A DNA stretch of 64,000 nucleotides from Planctomycetaceae bacterium (GCA_024232675.1 JAAEPL010000182.1:19214-83213), one strand, 5' to 3'. Shown: positions 1 to 9,871, numbered from the stretch's first letter. Numbers and translations are program-made. Notes: a model not told the origin generated them from the letters alone.

Positions 1-432
1 GTTAAGTTGAAGTGCGTTCTTGGCGTGTGAGGAGGCCTCACCAAGCCGGTTCAAAGAATAGAGCAGAGACGCTTGCAGGGAAGGTTCTCGAGCGGCATCG
101 GTGGGATGGAGTCCGGCCGTCAACGATTCTAAAGCAGCCTCTGCGGTGCTGATGTCGTCTGGTTTGATGAAGACTTGTAAGCCTCGGTGTCGAACGATAA
201 CCCGGTTCGGAGCGATTTCATCAACGCGTAATGCCTGCCCATACAGGAGGTGAACGACTCGATTATCTGCGACCGTTTCTCCAACCGCACCACCAGGAGA
301 AGTGATGAAGCCTTGTGTTCCCGGCAATAATTCTTGTGTGGCTGCCGCGGAGCCTGCTGCTGTCAGCAGGAGCAAGTGCATAAGGAGGGAGCCCCATCGC
401 CGGCAACCTGCAGTGAGCATGGGTTCTCGCAT
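1..432 (-). CDS. secreted protein, N-terminal part only (ORF runs off the left window edge)
   Basis: I translated the minus strand myself and found no in-frame stop from ATG 432 (or ATG 420) down to base 1. The N-terminus MREPMLTAGCRRWGSLLMHLLLLTAAGSAAATQ is signal-peptide-like. The ORF is absent from the supplied track, probably because the edge truncates it. It starts 27 nt downstream of the FHA gene stop on the same strand. Confidence 0.5.
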   Translation of the reverse strand, partial: MREPMLTAGCRRWGSLLMHLLLLTAAGSAAATQELLPGTQGFITSPGGAVGETVADNRVVHLLYGQALRVDEIAPNRVIVRHRGLQVFIKPDDISTAEAALESLTAGLHPTDAAREPSLQASLLYSLNRLGEASSHAKNALQLN

Positions 433-459
433 TAGGCGACTGTCACCAAGCACTGTCTT

Positions 460-858
460 TTACTTATCGCGTTTTCGCTGCAAGCCGGCCCGTTCCAGCA
501 AAGACTTGTTAAACAGGTTATCAAGCTGCTCATCCTGTGGTGGCGAGCCGTAGGCTCCCAATGCGGTGGGGTCATAAACGATTTCGTATTCGTGCTTAGC
601 GATTGATAGAATCGTGCCGGGGTCCAAACGTTTTTTCAAGCCTTGAAGGATTTTTTTGCCGTCTACTTTTAGACCGTTTCGACTCCGCAGATCTTTGATG
701 AACCAGTACCCTTCATCAATTTCCATGAGCGCGTGGTGACCGGAAATATTTGAGAAATTTAGGATGATGTCGCAACCGTCACGCCGACCGATCCGGAGGC
801 GTTTATTGAGCAGCGGGATCGGATCACCTCCACCAAGTGGTACTAGTTCGCCGTACAT
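460..858 (-). CDS. small FHA-domain protein
   Basis: The translation LRIGRRDGCDIILNFSNISGHHALMEIDEGYWFIKDLRSRNGLKVDGKKI matches the FHA core pattern (G-R, S-x-x-H, N-G). I prefer ATG 858 (MYGELVPLGG) over the ORF-track start at 885. Confidence 0.8.
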   Translation of the reverse strand: MYGELVPLGGGDPIPLLNKRLRIGRRDGCDIILNFSNISGHHALMEIDEGYWFIKDLRSRNGLKVDGKKILQGLKKRLDPGTILSIAKHEYEIVYDPTALGAYGSPPQDEQLDNLFNKSLLERAGLQRKRDK

Positions 859-974
859 GGGATGTTTCCTACTTGTTAAAATCAAAAAATGATGGCAGGC
901 TGCTTCAGGAAAACTGCGATAATGCAGCCAAATATAAAAGCCAATCTATCTTTTTAAGGTATTCTGCCCCTCAA

Positions 975-1946
975 ATGGCGTCAACTAAAGACTTGCAATC
1001 TATCGTGAAATCTCGCCATAACTGGCGTCAGGCAGGGTTGCGATATTACGGTTATAGCTTTCATTTGCGTCAAATATTTGGACATCGCGTGCAGCGAGTC
1101 AGTATTGACGCCGGATTCACTTGTCCCAATGTCGACGGAACCGTGGCATTAGGCGGCTGTACTTTTTGTGATAATCGCAGCTTTAGCCCAAGCCGCAGGT
1201 TGCCCAAAGGGGGGATCCACGCCCAAATTGACGAGGGGATTCGCAGGCTTAAGAAACGCTACAAATGCAAACATTTCATGGCCTATTTCCAGCCCGCCAC
1301 CAACACTTACGCACCGGTTGAACGTTTGCGAGAAGTTTTTGAGGAAGCGGCTGAACATCCCGAAGTGGTGGCCATGGCAATTGGCACTCGTGCGGATTGT
1401 GTACCGGATGAAGTCTTAGAATTGCTCGAGGAATTGGCGGGCAAGATTTATCTAACAGTCGAATTTGGAATGCAGACGATGCACGATAAATCCTTGGACT
1501 GGATGAATCGAGGCGAGCACCATGATTCGATGCTTGACGCCATGGAAAGGAGTCGAGATCGCGGTTTCGAAATTTGTGCCCATATCATGTTGGGATTACC
1601 CGGAGAGACCCATGCCGACATGATGGCCACCGCAGACGAGGTGGCACGCCTCGGTTTAGACGCTGTGAAGATTCACAATCTTTACGCTGTCAGTAATACC
1701 CCGCTGGCGGAACAAGTGAAATCGGGCGAGGTCACATTGATGGAACGGGATGATTATATCAATACGCTTGCCGATTTTTTGGAGAGATTGCCAAGCCATG
1801 TTGTGGTGGAACGCGTGAGTGGCGAAGCGCCTCCGGTTTATTTTCTTGGCCCGAGTTGGGCTTTGGACAAACCCGCCGTGTTAAACGCAATCGAAAAGGA
1901 ACTGGAACGCCGTGATTCATGGCAAGGAAAGGTCTATCATGCTTAA
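975..1946 (+). CDS. radical SAM protein, TIGR01212 (YhcC-like) family
   Basis: The Cys motif FTCPNVDGTVALGGCTFCDN is typical of the TIGR01212 radical SAM family. I prefer ATG 975 (MASTKD) because the 837 start would overlap the divergent FHA gene. Confidence 0.8.
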   Translation: MASTKDLQSIVKSRHNWRQAGLRYYGYSFHLRQIFGHRVQRVSIDAGFTCPNVDGTVALGGCTFCDNRSFSPSRRLPKGGIHAQIDEGIRRLKKRYKCKHFMAYFQPATNTYAPVERLREVFEEAAEHPEVVAMAIGTRADCVPDEVLELLEELAGKIYLTVEFGMQTMHDKSLDWMNRGEHHDSMLDAMERSRDRGFEICAHIMLGLPGETHADMMATADEVARLGLDAVKIHNLYAVSNTPLAEQVKSGEVTLMERDDYINTLADFLERLPSHVVVERVSGEAPPVYFLGPSWALDKPAVLNAIEKELERRDSWQGKVYHA

Positions 1947-3174
1947 GCAAAAATTAACAAACGCGATCGTCTTGTTGTTCGTCTTGGTAATTGGGCAAGC
2001 TCACGCCCCATGTCAATTGCATGGGCAAAACAAGATCGCTGATCCTGCGGACTTGGGCTTCGACGTAAAGGTCCTGCAAGAAATTGACGCTGTGATGGAA
2101 GCTGGACTTGAGGATGAAAAGCTGATCGGTTGCAATGCCATGATCCTCAAAGATGATAAGGTTTGTTACTACGACAGTTGGGGTTTGCAGAGTCGTGAAG
2201 AGAAGGTGCCGGTCAGTCGGGACACGATTTGGCGTATCTATTCCATGTCCAAGCCGATCACCAGCGTTGCTGTGATGCAATTGGTCGAAAGCGGTAAATT
2301 AAAACTCGATGATCGTGTGGAGAAATACATCCCCGAGTTTGCTGACCTGACGGTGCTGCAAAAAGAAGGGGGTGAGTTCATTGAGGTCGCACCACGGCGG
2401 GCTATGACGGTTCGCGATCTATTGCGACATTCGTCGGGCTTGACCTACGGATTTTTTGGTGACAGCGAGGTCGATAAGCGTTACCGAAAAGCCGGTGTTT
2501 TATCCAAGGATCCGAACCTCAAATCGATGGTGGAGAAACTTTCCAAAATACCCCTGCAAACTCACCCCGGTGACACCTTTATTTACAGTGTTTCGACTGA
2601 TGTACTGGGGTACCTGGTGGAGGTCGTTTCCGGGCAAAGTTTCGCACAGTATTTAGAAGAGAATATTTTCCAGCCGTTGTCGATGACAGACACTTCGTTT
2701 GTGGTGCCTGAAAAGAAACAGGATCGATTTGCCGCCATGTATCGGCCCTCTCGAAGGGGTGGTTTGTCTCTATCTACGAGCAGGAGTGGACAGAGGTTCA
2801 CAGACGAAAGTAACGAATTCTTTTCCGGTGGCGGCGGTTTGTGCTGTGACATTGATGATTACATGCAGTTCTGCCGGATGCTGCTAAACAAAGGAACTCT
2901 GGAAGGTAAGCAAATCCTCAAGCCCGAGACGCTGGAGCAGATGTGGACGAATCAACTGGGCGACCTGAAAAAGAGTTCCCGCGGCTTTCAGTTCGGCTTG
3001 GGTTTTTCCATCAGCCGGCAAGGTGATTATTCTTGGGGCGGCGCGGCCGGAACTCGTTTCTGGGTAAACCCGGAAAAGAATGTTGCCATGGTTTACATGA
3101 TTCAGATAAATCCGTACCAGCAGAGTTTTGGTCGCCAGATGAGAAAGATTGTTTACGAGTCACTGAAAGATTGA
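1939..3174 (+). CDS. beta-lactamase-related serine hydrolase (class C/esterase-like), secreted
   Basis: An S-x-x-K motif (YSMSKPITS) is present. The signal peptide is MLKQKLTNAIVLLFVLVIGQAHA. ATG 1939 overlaps the upstream stop (ATGCTTAA), which suggests translational coupling. Confidence 0.8.
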   Translation: MLKQKLTNAIVLLFVLVIGQAHAPCQLHGQNKIADPADLGFDVKVLQEIDAVMEAGLEDEKLIGCNAMILKDDKVCYYDSWGLQSREEKVPVSRDTIWRIYSMSKPITSVAVMQLVESGKLKLDDRVEKYIPEFADLTVLQKEGGEFIEVAPRRAMTVRDLLRHSSGLTYGFFGDSEVDKRYRKAGVLSKDPNLKSMVEKLSKIPLQTHPGDTFIYSVSTDVLGYLVEVVSGQSFAQYLEENIFQPLSMTDTSFVVPEKKQDRFAAMYRPSRRGGLSLSTSRSGQRFTDESNEFFSGGGGLCCDIDDYMQFCRMLLNKGTLEGKQILKPETLEQMWTNQLGDLKKSSRGFQFGLGFSISRQGDYSWGGAAGTRFWVNPEKNVAMVYMIQINPYQQSFGRQMRKIVYESLKD

Positions 3175-3400
3175 ATTTATCGGTTAATGCCGAGCTCGGG
3201 AAAGCGTTTAATTCCCCAAAGCTCTTTGCTCTTAAGCATGTTGAATTTGCATCGACTGCTTCTGCCTGCGATGCGTTACGGTGGCAAACCGCTTGTGAAA
3301 TAATCGGGACGTGAGTGATCTGTGGTGGGCGTGGCAGCGACGAGTCATCAGCCCTAGGTCTTGCATATTAAGTGGCTTGAGGCGAAAGAAAATCATAACT

Positions 3401-3946
3401 ATGGCACGCAACGTAGAATTAAAAGTGGCCGTTCCATCTCTGGAGCAAATTCGACAGCGGGCTCGAGAAATTGCGGACAGCGGTCCATTTGTACTCGAAC
3501 AAGTTGATTTTTTCTTTTCGGCGAATTCGGGGCGGTTGAAGCTGCGATGTGAGAAACAGCCTGGTCGCGAAACACCTGCCAAAGCAGAGTTGATTGCCTA
3601 TCAAAGGAGCGACGAGGCTGAATCGCGAGTCAGTGACTATGAACGGTGTGAAATTACAGATCCCGAATGTTTGCGACGGGCCCTTTCTAAATCATTGGGT
3701 GACGGCCCCATCGTTCGCAAAAGCCGCGAGTTGTACTTAGTGAAGCGAGCCAGGATTCATCTAGATACCGTGGAATCGCTTGGTACATTTGTGGAAATTG
3801 AAGTGGTGATGCAAGAACAGGATGGCGAGGAACAGGGGCATCTAGAACTGCACCAACACCTGGAAGCCTTAGGTCTTTTGAACGCGGAAATGATCGACGT
3901 CGCTTATGCGGACCTGTTGTTCGCCAAATTGGAATCGCCTTCATAA
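3401..3946 (+). CDS. CYTH-domain protein (class IV adenylate cyclase / triphosphatase-like)
   Basis: The N-terminus MARNVELKVAV resembles the CYTH ExExK strand, here N-V-E-L-K. Downstream acidic strands HLDTVESLGTFVEIEVV fit the fold. Size is about 181 aa from ATG 3401. Confidence 0.7.
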   Translation: MARNVELKVAVPSLEQIRQRAREIADSGPFVLEQVDFFFSANSGRLKLRCEKQPGRETPAKAELIAYQRSDEAESRVSDYERCEITDPECLRRALSKSLGDGPIVRKSRELYLVKRARIHLDTVESLGTFVEIEVVMQEQDGEEQGHLELHQHLEALGLLNAEMIDVAYADLLFAKLESPS

Positions 3947-4110
3947 GCGTAGGCTCCTCACGCTGTCTGGTGGATGGAATCCAGCGGTGCGGGCACGGTA
4001 CGGGGAAAGTGCAGTCGTGTTGTGGGAAAATTACCGTTTTAAGAAGCTGCGGCTGCACTACAATTGAGCTTTGCGGGGTGAGGCGTTGGGGGTAGAAATG
4101 CCACGATGGA

Positions 4111-4498
4111 TCATCACATTCAGGTCGATTGGATGTCCGCTGGTCACTTCGGTGACGAGAGGAAAGTCCGGGCTCCACAGAACAGGATGGTCGGTAACGC
4201 CGACCGGTCGAAAGATCAGGGCAAGTGCAACAGAAAGTAAACCGCCAAAATCCGACTCGTCGGAATGGTAAGGGTGAAACGGTGAGGTAAGAGCTCACCG
4301 GCGATTGGGGTGACCCGATCGGCCATGTAAACCCCATCCGGAGCAAGGTCAAACAGGGAGCAGTCGTTGTTCGCGGCATGATGACTTCCGGGTAGGCTGC
4401 TGGAGATGACGAGCAATTGTCATCCTAGATAAATGGACATCGAGTGGTTTTCGAATCACTCACAGAACCCGGCTTATAGATCGACCTGAATGTGATGC
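4111..4498 (+). ncRNA. rnpB: RNase P RNA, bacterial type A
   Basis: Universal elements are present: GAGGAAAGTCCGGGCTCCACAGAAC (P4 5' side), AGTGCAACAGAAAGTAAACCGCC, GGTAAGGGTGAAACGGTGAGGTAAGAGCTCACC and ACAGAACCCGGCTTATAGATCGACC (P4 3' side). A P1 helix forms between ATCACATTCAGGTCGAT (4113..4129) and ATCGACCTGAATGTGAT (4480..4496). Confidence 0.92.
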
Positions 4499-4621
4499 TC
4501 CAGCATCCACTTGCGAATTGTGGAGGCTTCGCTGCAACGGAAAATGGAAATCCTTACATCAGGGTTACGGGCTCCCGGCGATTTCAGAGAGCCCATCTTT
4601 GTTAGCGTTAGGCTGGCGGAT

Positions 4622-5935
4622 TCACGCGGCCTGCTGATCAGCCCGCGCGTCGTCGGAACTGCTGCTGATTAGGATGGCGAGCGCCGCTATTGCGCCGACT
4701 AAACCAATCGGCCAGAAGCTTCCAGGTAATCCATGGGTCGCCACGTGGTCGATTGCCCAGCCAACCAATGGCGCGACTAAGAAAGTTGCGAAGCGTTGGC
4801 TTTGACTCTCGATAGAAAGAACTGTGGCGCCTTTGGCGGGGTCGGCGTATTGGTCAAACCGGCTGATTAGAATGGGACGCCACACATTCTGTAAAACAAT
4901 CAGGGCGATTAATACCGCGGCCACAACCGCCGTGCTGCCCCATAAGTCGAATCCGATTAGCGTGATATAAAGTGCGAAGTTCCAAAACCACAGTCGTCGT
5001 GCTGCGTTTGCTTCTGAACCGAACCTTGCGACCCAGCGATGAGCGGTGCGGCTAGCCAATCCACTTGCCAAAAACATCAGCGTGTAAACCAAAGCAATCA
5101 CAATCACAACGCCGGGGTTTTGTTGTGCTGAATCGTCAGGAGCTTGGGAACTGACGGTTGTCCATGTCGCGAAAATGAATAATGCCGCGAGCGCCGGTTG
5201 CAGATAATCTTTGACAGCCTGCAGTACTCCTTCCCAAGCCATCGACTCGAAGGTCAGTTGCCGCAGCGGGCGAATTTTTAAGGTGTTCTTTAAACCGACG
5301 ATGGCGTCTTTCACGACTGCAGAAAAGATCGGTCTGGCCGGTAATTGCGCGTGCGCTCCGTCAAGCGATTTTGGATAACCGAGGAAGTTGATAATGTTCA
5401 AAACATAAGGCAGGGTCGCGAACAAAAAGATCTTTCGGTAATCGCCAGTGATGAGCACGAACGCCGCAGCAAAAATAGCGCTCGCTGCGGATCCAAACTT
5501 ACTCCAGCTCCTTGTGATGCCGTAGATGCGTGTTTTTTCTTCCTCTCTACCCTGTTGGCGTAACCACTCAAAAATCATCGCTTTATGGGTACCGGTACGA
5601 AAAGAATCGCCAATGCCGTAAAGTACCATCGCCGGGAAGAACCAAAGCCAGTGGGTGGCCAAACCGAACAAGAGAAAACTGGCGATGTATGCCAGGAATG
5701 AAAAGATCATGCACCCACGGCGTCCCCACGAATCGGCGACCACTCCGGAGGGAATTTCAAGCACGTTCATTGAGATGGAACGGCAGGCATAGAGCATGCC
5801 GATCCAAAAAAAACTCAATTCATGTGCGAGTAAAGCAAGCATGAAATAAGGTTCGAAATACCTTTGGTTTTTTAGGAAACCGTAAAGACAGAAGCGTTGG
5901 ATCATGATTTTGAGTTGCGCTGCATTCGTTCCCAT
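4622..5935 (-). CDS. MFS transporter
   Basis: The protein has about 12 hydrophobic segments. An MFS motif-A-like loop, GVVADSWGRRG, follows TM2. Confidence 0.8.
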   Translation of the reverse strand: MGTNAAQLKIMIQRFCLYGFLKNQRYFEPYFMLALLAHELSFFWIGMLYACRSISMNVLEIPSGVVADSWGRRGCMIFSFLAYIASFLLFGLATHWLWFFPAMVLYGIGDSFRTGTHKAMIFEWLRQQGREEEKTRIYGITRSWSKFGSAASAIFAAAFVLITGDYRKIFLFATLPYVLNIINFLGYPKSLDGAHAQLPARPIFSAVVKDAIVGLKNTLKIRPLRQLTFESMAWEGVLQAVKDYLQPALAALFIFATWTTVSSQAPDDSAQQNPGVVIVIALVYTLMFLASGLASRTAHRWVARFGSEANAARRLWFWNFALYITLIGFDLWGSTAVVAAVLIALIVLQNVWRPILISRFDQYADPAKGATVLSIESQSQRFATFLVAPLVGWAIDHVATHGLPGSFWPIGLVGAIAALAILISSSSDDARADQQAA

Positions 5936-6111
5936 TTAGGAGGAGCTGGAAATGCTCATCCGGAGGCCGTGGGAGCTTTGCTTTAATCGCCGTAAATGGG
6001 AGGTGCCTCAACTGGAGAGCAGCCGAATAAGAATTTTGCTGCGTGGCTCCAAGGGGGGAAGCAGGAAAGGCGAGGTCTCGACGGATTGCCGCCCGAAGCA
6101 TTGCTCAGGTG

Positions 6112-6690
6112 TTACTTTATAAATACCAAGAACCAAATTGTCAGTACCAAGATCAAGACAGCCAAGCTGCCCACCAAAATAAAGGCGCGGTTGACGTTGG
6201 TGGAGTCGACGTCGGTCATGGCCACTTTGTTTGGTGTCGCTCCGGTGAAGTCGTGTTCGCAATATTTGCAAAGGTCCAGAAAGGCAATGTTGCTTGTCTC
6301 ATCGCATTGGGGGCAGAACACGCGATCCAGCGTTTGAGAATCCTCTGCCGCGAACTCGTTGCTGATTTTGCCGCAACGGTCGCAGCGAGCGAGTCTCAAT
6401 TCGTCGCACACCGGACACATCGGCCAATCAAATTGGCCTTCGGCATCCGATAACTCGGACATGTCGGGTTGTTGGGACATCTCCTCCTGAAAGGACGCGA
6501 CGATCTCCATCGCCTTTTCCCAGTCTTCGGCATTCACGATAACTTGAGGGTCTGTTTCGATAATTTCGAATGCCCCGCCATTCATTTCACCATTGAAAAC
6601 TTTGGCTTGGATCCCTTGTTGTTCAAGCCAACCCTTCAGAATCTCGGCTTCTGTATTATTCTGAGCGGTATGAACGACTTTGGGATCCAT
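6112..6690 (-). CDS. DUF2007-like (putative signal-transducing) domain protein with double zinc ribbon and C-terminal TM anchor
   Basis: The N-terminus VVHTAQNNTEAEILKGWLEQQGIQAKVF is DUF2007-like. CxxC pairs follow (CPVCDE...CDRCGK, CPQCDE...CKYCEH). The C-terminus is a hydrophobic helix, AFILVGSLAVLILVLTIWFLVFI. I prefer ATG 6690 because the 6753 start would overlap the mutS 3' end. Confidence 0.6.
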   Translation of the reverse strand: MDPKVVHTAQNNTEAEILKGWLEQQGIQAKVFNGEMNGGAFEIIETDPQVIVNAEDWEKAMEIVASFQEEMSQQPDMSELSDAEGQFDWPMCPVCDELRLARCDRCGKISNEFAAEDSQTLDRVFCPQCDETSNIAFLDLCKYCEHDFTGATPNKVAMTDVDSTNVNRAFILVGSLAVLILVLTIWFLVFIK

Positions 6691-6715
6691 GTTGTTCTCG
6701 GGATTGAGGGCTGCT

Positions 6716-9367
6716 TCAATTGGGAGGCGAAACCGATTTCTCGGCGTTTTCATCGGTCAATTCTTCGCGCCACTGATTCAGCATTTCAAGTGCTCCCATT
6801 GGCGTTACGTGATTGGTATCGATGCGTTTGATCTTGTCGATTAACGGATGCGTGGCCGCTCCGAATAGAGTCAACTGAATTTCACCGCTGTCGGAATGAT
6901 CGGCCGCGCCTCGTATATCGACGGGTTCCGACTGAGTGCTTTCTAATTGGGTGAGGATTTGTTCGGCTCGCCGGTTTACCCAAGCCGGTACGCCCGCCAA
7001 TTTGGCGACATGAATCCCGTAGCTTTTGTCGGCGGCACCGGGCTCAATTTTGTGTAGAAACACGATCTCGTCTTTCCACTCTTTGACCACAACATTGTAA
7101 TTAACGACGCTAGACAGCGTGTCTTCGAGCTTCGTTAATTCGTGATAGTGCGTGGCAAACATGGTGCGGCAGCCGATGCTCTCGTGAAGGTACTCGACAA
7201 TGGCCCATGCCAGAGAGACGCCATCGTAGGTGCTGGTACCCCGACCAATTTCGTCCAGGATTACCAGGCTTCTCGGTGTGGCGGTGTTCAAAATCCTTGC
7301 CGTTTCGGTCATTTCCACCATGAAAGTACTTTGCCCACGCGACAGCTCGTCACTGGCTCCAACTCGAGCAAATAATCGGTCGGTAATCCCGATGGTTGCC
7401 GCACTCGCAGGAACAAAACTGCCGATGTGGGCGAGCAACACAATTAACGCGGTCTGTCTGATGTAGGTACTTTTACCAGCCATGTTGGGGCCGGTGATTA
7501 AGTGGATTAACCCTTGGTCTTCGTCAAGGAAGGTCGAGTTGGGTACGAAAGTACCGAGCGCTTCGGTGATATCGAGTACCGGATGGCGGCCATCGACAAT
7601 GTTGACGATCGCATCCTTTGTCATTTGAGGGCGAACGTAGTTTTGGTTGGTGGCAAGCTCCGATAATGCGGCCAAACCATCTAATTGAGCAATTAATTCG
7701 GCGTTTGATTTCAGTCGTGGAAGATAAGTCGCCACCGCATCACGCAGCTCGCAAAACGTTTCATACTCGAGTGACTTTGCCCGCTCATCGGCGGATAGAA
7801 CCTTGTCCTCGTATTCTTTGAGTTCAGGCGTGATGAAACGCTCAGCATTCTTCAGCGTTTGCTTGCGAATAAACGAATCAGGGACTTTGTCTCGATGAAG
7901 GTGTGTGACTTCCAAGTAATATCCGAAGACTTTATTAAAACCGACTTTGATGCTCGGGATTCCCGTCTCTTCGGAGATTTGCTTTTGATAGGAGGCAATC
8001 CACTGTTTACCGCCCGCTGCCAATTCCCGGAATTTATCAAGCTCAGGACGATATCCGGCTTTGATAAAACCGCCTTCCTTCGGCGAGAGAGGGCAGCTTT
8101 CTTCAAGACCGGCATCGAGTTGCTTAAACAGATCAGGGCAAAGGTCCAAATCGGCTTCAATCTTTTGTAGCAACCAAGCCTCGCTTTTTGTCAGCAGGTC
8201 TTTCAGGCCGGGGAACGTGGCCAAGGTTTTTTGGATGCTTCCCAAATCACGCGGGCTAGCTCTTCCAGAAGTCAACCGCGACAGCAGTCTTTGGATGTCG
8301 TAGATTCCTTTTAGTTTGTCACGTATTGCCTTACGCCGGGACGCCGCCTGAAACAGCTCCTGGATGGCATCTTGACGTTTGCCAATGGCGATTTCGCAAA
8401 TGAGTGGCTGCGATAACCATGCGCTAAGTTGGCGAGACCCCATGGAGGTGACCGTGCGGTCGATCATATCAAACAATGAGCCCTCTCGTTGACCATTGCG
8501 AATCGTCCGGGTGATCTCCAAGCTTCTCCAAGTCGCCTGGTCGATTTCCATTGAAGTGCCGGGCGACCATGGCACGAGCTGATCGACATAATTAATTGCG
8601 GCAGGTTGGTTCTCTGAAATGTAATGCAGGATAGCGCCGGCGGCTCGCAGGGCGACGATGTCCTCTTCGCCGAAACCAAAGCCATCGAGTGAAGCTGTTT
8701 TAAAGTGTCGCAGAAGCGTGTCGCTGGCGTGTTTGGTAGCAGATACCCAGTCGGCTTGTCTCGTGATAACGGCTTCCCGGGAATTGGAGTATGCGGGAAT
8801 TTCCAACTCGAGTGACTCAGGCAACAGGATTTCACTGGGGCAAAGCCTCGCTAGGAAATCGAGCAGCCGATTGCTTGCGATTTGGCTGGCGACGAATTCG
8901 CCCGTTGAAATATCGATCCAGGAAACTCCTAATAACGGAGTATCCGCTTTGCCCGCTTTGCCAGCGACAATGGCCACTAAGAAATTGCTCTCGCGAGGAT
9001 CCAGCAGTTCATGATCGGTGATGGTCCCGGGACTCACCACTCGGGTGACTTCCCGCTTGACGAGGCCCTTGGCAGTGGCTGGGTCCTCCACCTGTTCGCA
9101 GACCGCCACGCGATGTCCCTGTTGGATCAGTTTGGCGAGATAACCATCCAATTGATGGTGAGGGAAGCCAGCCATGGGAACCGGGTTGGCAGAGTTCTTA
9201 TCGCGGCTGGTGAGGGTCAGGCCTAGGGCTTTCGCAGCGATTTTTGCATCGTCACGAAACAACTCATAGAAATCACCCATCCGGAAAAGCAGGACAGCAT
9301 TACCGCAAGCAAGTTTTGCTTGCTCAAACTGCTGCATCATCGGGGATAGTTTTTTTGCATCGCTCAT
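6716..9367 (-). CDS. mutS: DNA mismatch repair protein MutS
   Basis: The 883-aa protein starts MSPMMQQF..., has the GDFYELF mismatch-binding motif, and carries the Walker A motif GPNMAGKSTY. Confidence 0.97.
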   Translation of the reverse strand: MSDAKKLSPMMQQFEQAKLACGNAVLLFRMGDFYELFRDDAKIAAKALGLTLTSRDKNSANPVPMAGFPHHQLDGYLAKLIQQGHRVAVCEQVEDPATAKGLVKREVTRVVSPGTITDHELLDPRESNFLVAIVAGKAGKADTPLLGVSWIDISTGEFVASQIASNRLLDFLARLCPSEILLPESLELEIPAYSNSREAVITRQADWVSATKHASDTLLRHFKTASLDGFGFGEEDIVALRAAGAILHYISENQPAAINYVDQLVPWSPGTSMEIDQATWRSLEITRTIRNGQREGSLFDMIDRTVTSMGSRQLSAWLSQPLICEIAIGKRQDAIQELFQAASRRKAIRDKLKGIYDIQRLLSRLTSGRASPRDLGSIQKTLATFPGLKDLLTKSEAWLLQKIEADLDLCPDLFKQLDAGLEESCPLSPKEGGFIKAGYRPELDKFRELAAGGKQWIASYQKQISEETGIPSIKVGFNKVFGYYLEVTHLHRDKVPDSFIRKQTLKNAERFITPELKEYEDKVLSADERAKSLEYETFCELRDAVATYLPRLKSNAELIAQLDGLAALSELATNQNYVRPQMTKDAIVNIVDGRHPVLDITEALGTFVPNSTFLDEDQGLIHLITGPNMAGKSTYIRQTALIVLLAHIGSFVPASAATIGITDRLFARVGASDELSRGQSTFMVEMTETARILNTATPRSLVILDEIGRGTSTYDGVSLAWAIVEYLHESIGCRTMFATHYHELTKLEDTLSSVVNYNVVVKEWKDEIVFLHKIEPGAADKSYGIHVAKLAGVPAWVNRRAEQILTQLESTQSEPVDIRGAADHSDSGEIQLTLFGAATHPLIDKIKRIDTNHVTPMGALEMLNQWREELTDENAEKSVSPPN

Positions 9368-9747
9368 GGTCGGAATCCTAGCAATTGCCTGAGCGATTTT
9401 CGAGTAGCCAAAATGGGTGACTTGGTAAGTCTTTCTGGAATGGGCTGCATAAGCGTTGTTTCGAGCCCGTTTTTTTTGATGAATTGTCGGAAATTTAGGC
9501 GGCGAAGGAAGCCGATTTTCAACTCTGCCCCATGGAAATCATTCCTCTTTACGTAACCCTGCAATTTTAACGTACGGGATAATTCCGACCTTATATTAGT
9601 CTTTGGGTATTAATGCGAGCTTTGGGCGTTACCTAACATAGTGTCGAGTTGATTTCGTGACTTTGCGGTTTGAGTTGACCCTTCCAAAAACCAGCTTTTT
9701 AACACCGGCCGAGCCCTTAAAGTCTCTACCACCGCTCCAATAAACCA

Positions 9748-9775
9748 TTGAGGAGGCCACGTGCAGTGCTATACT
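9748..9775 (+). promoter_or_regulatory. candidate sigma70-like promoter for the tyrosine-kinase gene
   Basis: TTGAGG (9748..9753) is followed by a 16-nt spacer and TATACT (9770..9775), about 95 nt upstream of the GTG start. Planctomycete promoter rules are poorly known, so this is a pattern match only. Confidence 0.25.
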
Positions 9776-9871
9776 GAAAATCTCCGATACACGAGTGATA
9801 ACCGGACACTCGGATTCTTTATTTTCTGCCAGTCCCCCTTACGCCGTACAACTTGAGTTAGAGGATTCTCT

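Noticed and set aside
302-553. An 83-aa plus-strand ORF at the left edge.
   Set aside because: It is antisense to the signal-peptide ORF (1..432) and to the FHA gene end. It has a GTG start and an Arg/Ser/Cys-rich translation, and the opposite strand has a far better coding explanation.
3687-4379. A 230-aa minus-strand ORF, plus smaller ORFs at 4071..4271 and 4216..4416.
   Set aside because: These ORFs lie antisense to the CYTH gene end and across the RNase P RNA. The rnpB consensus elements explain the region fully. The translations are Arg/Ser/Pro-rich with no protein-like motif.
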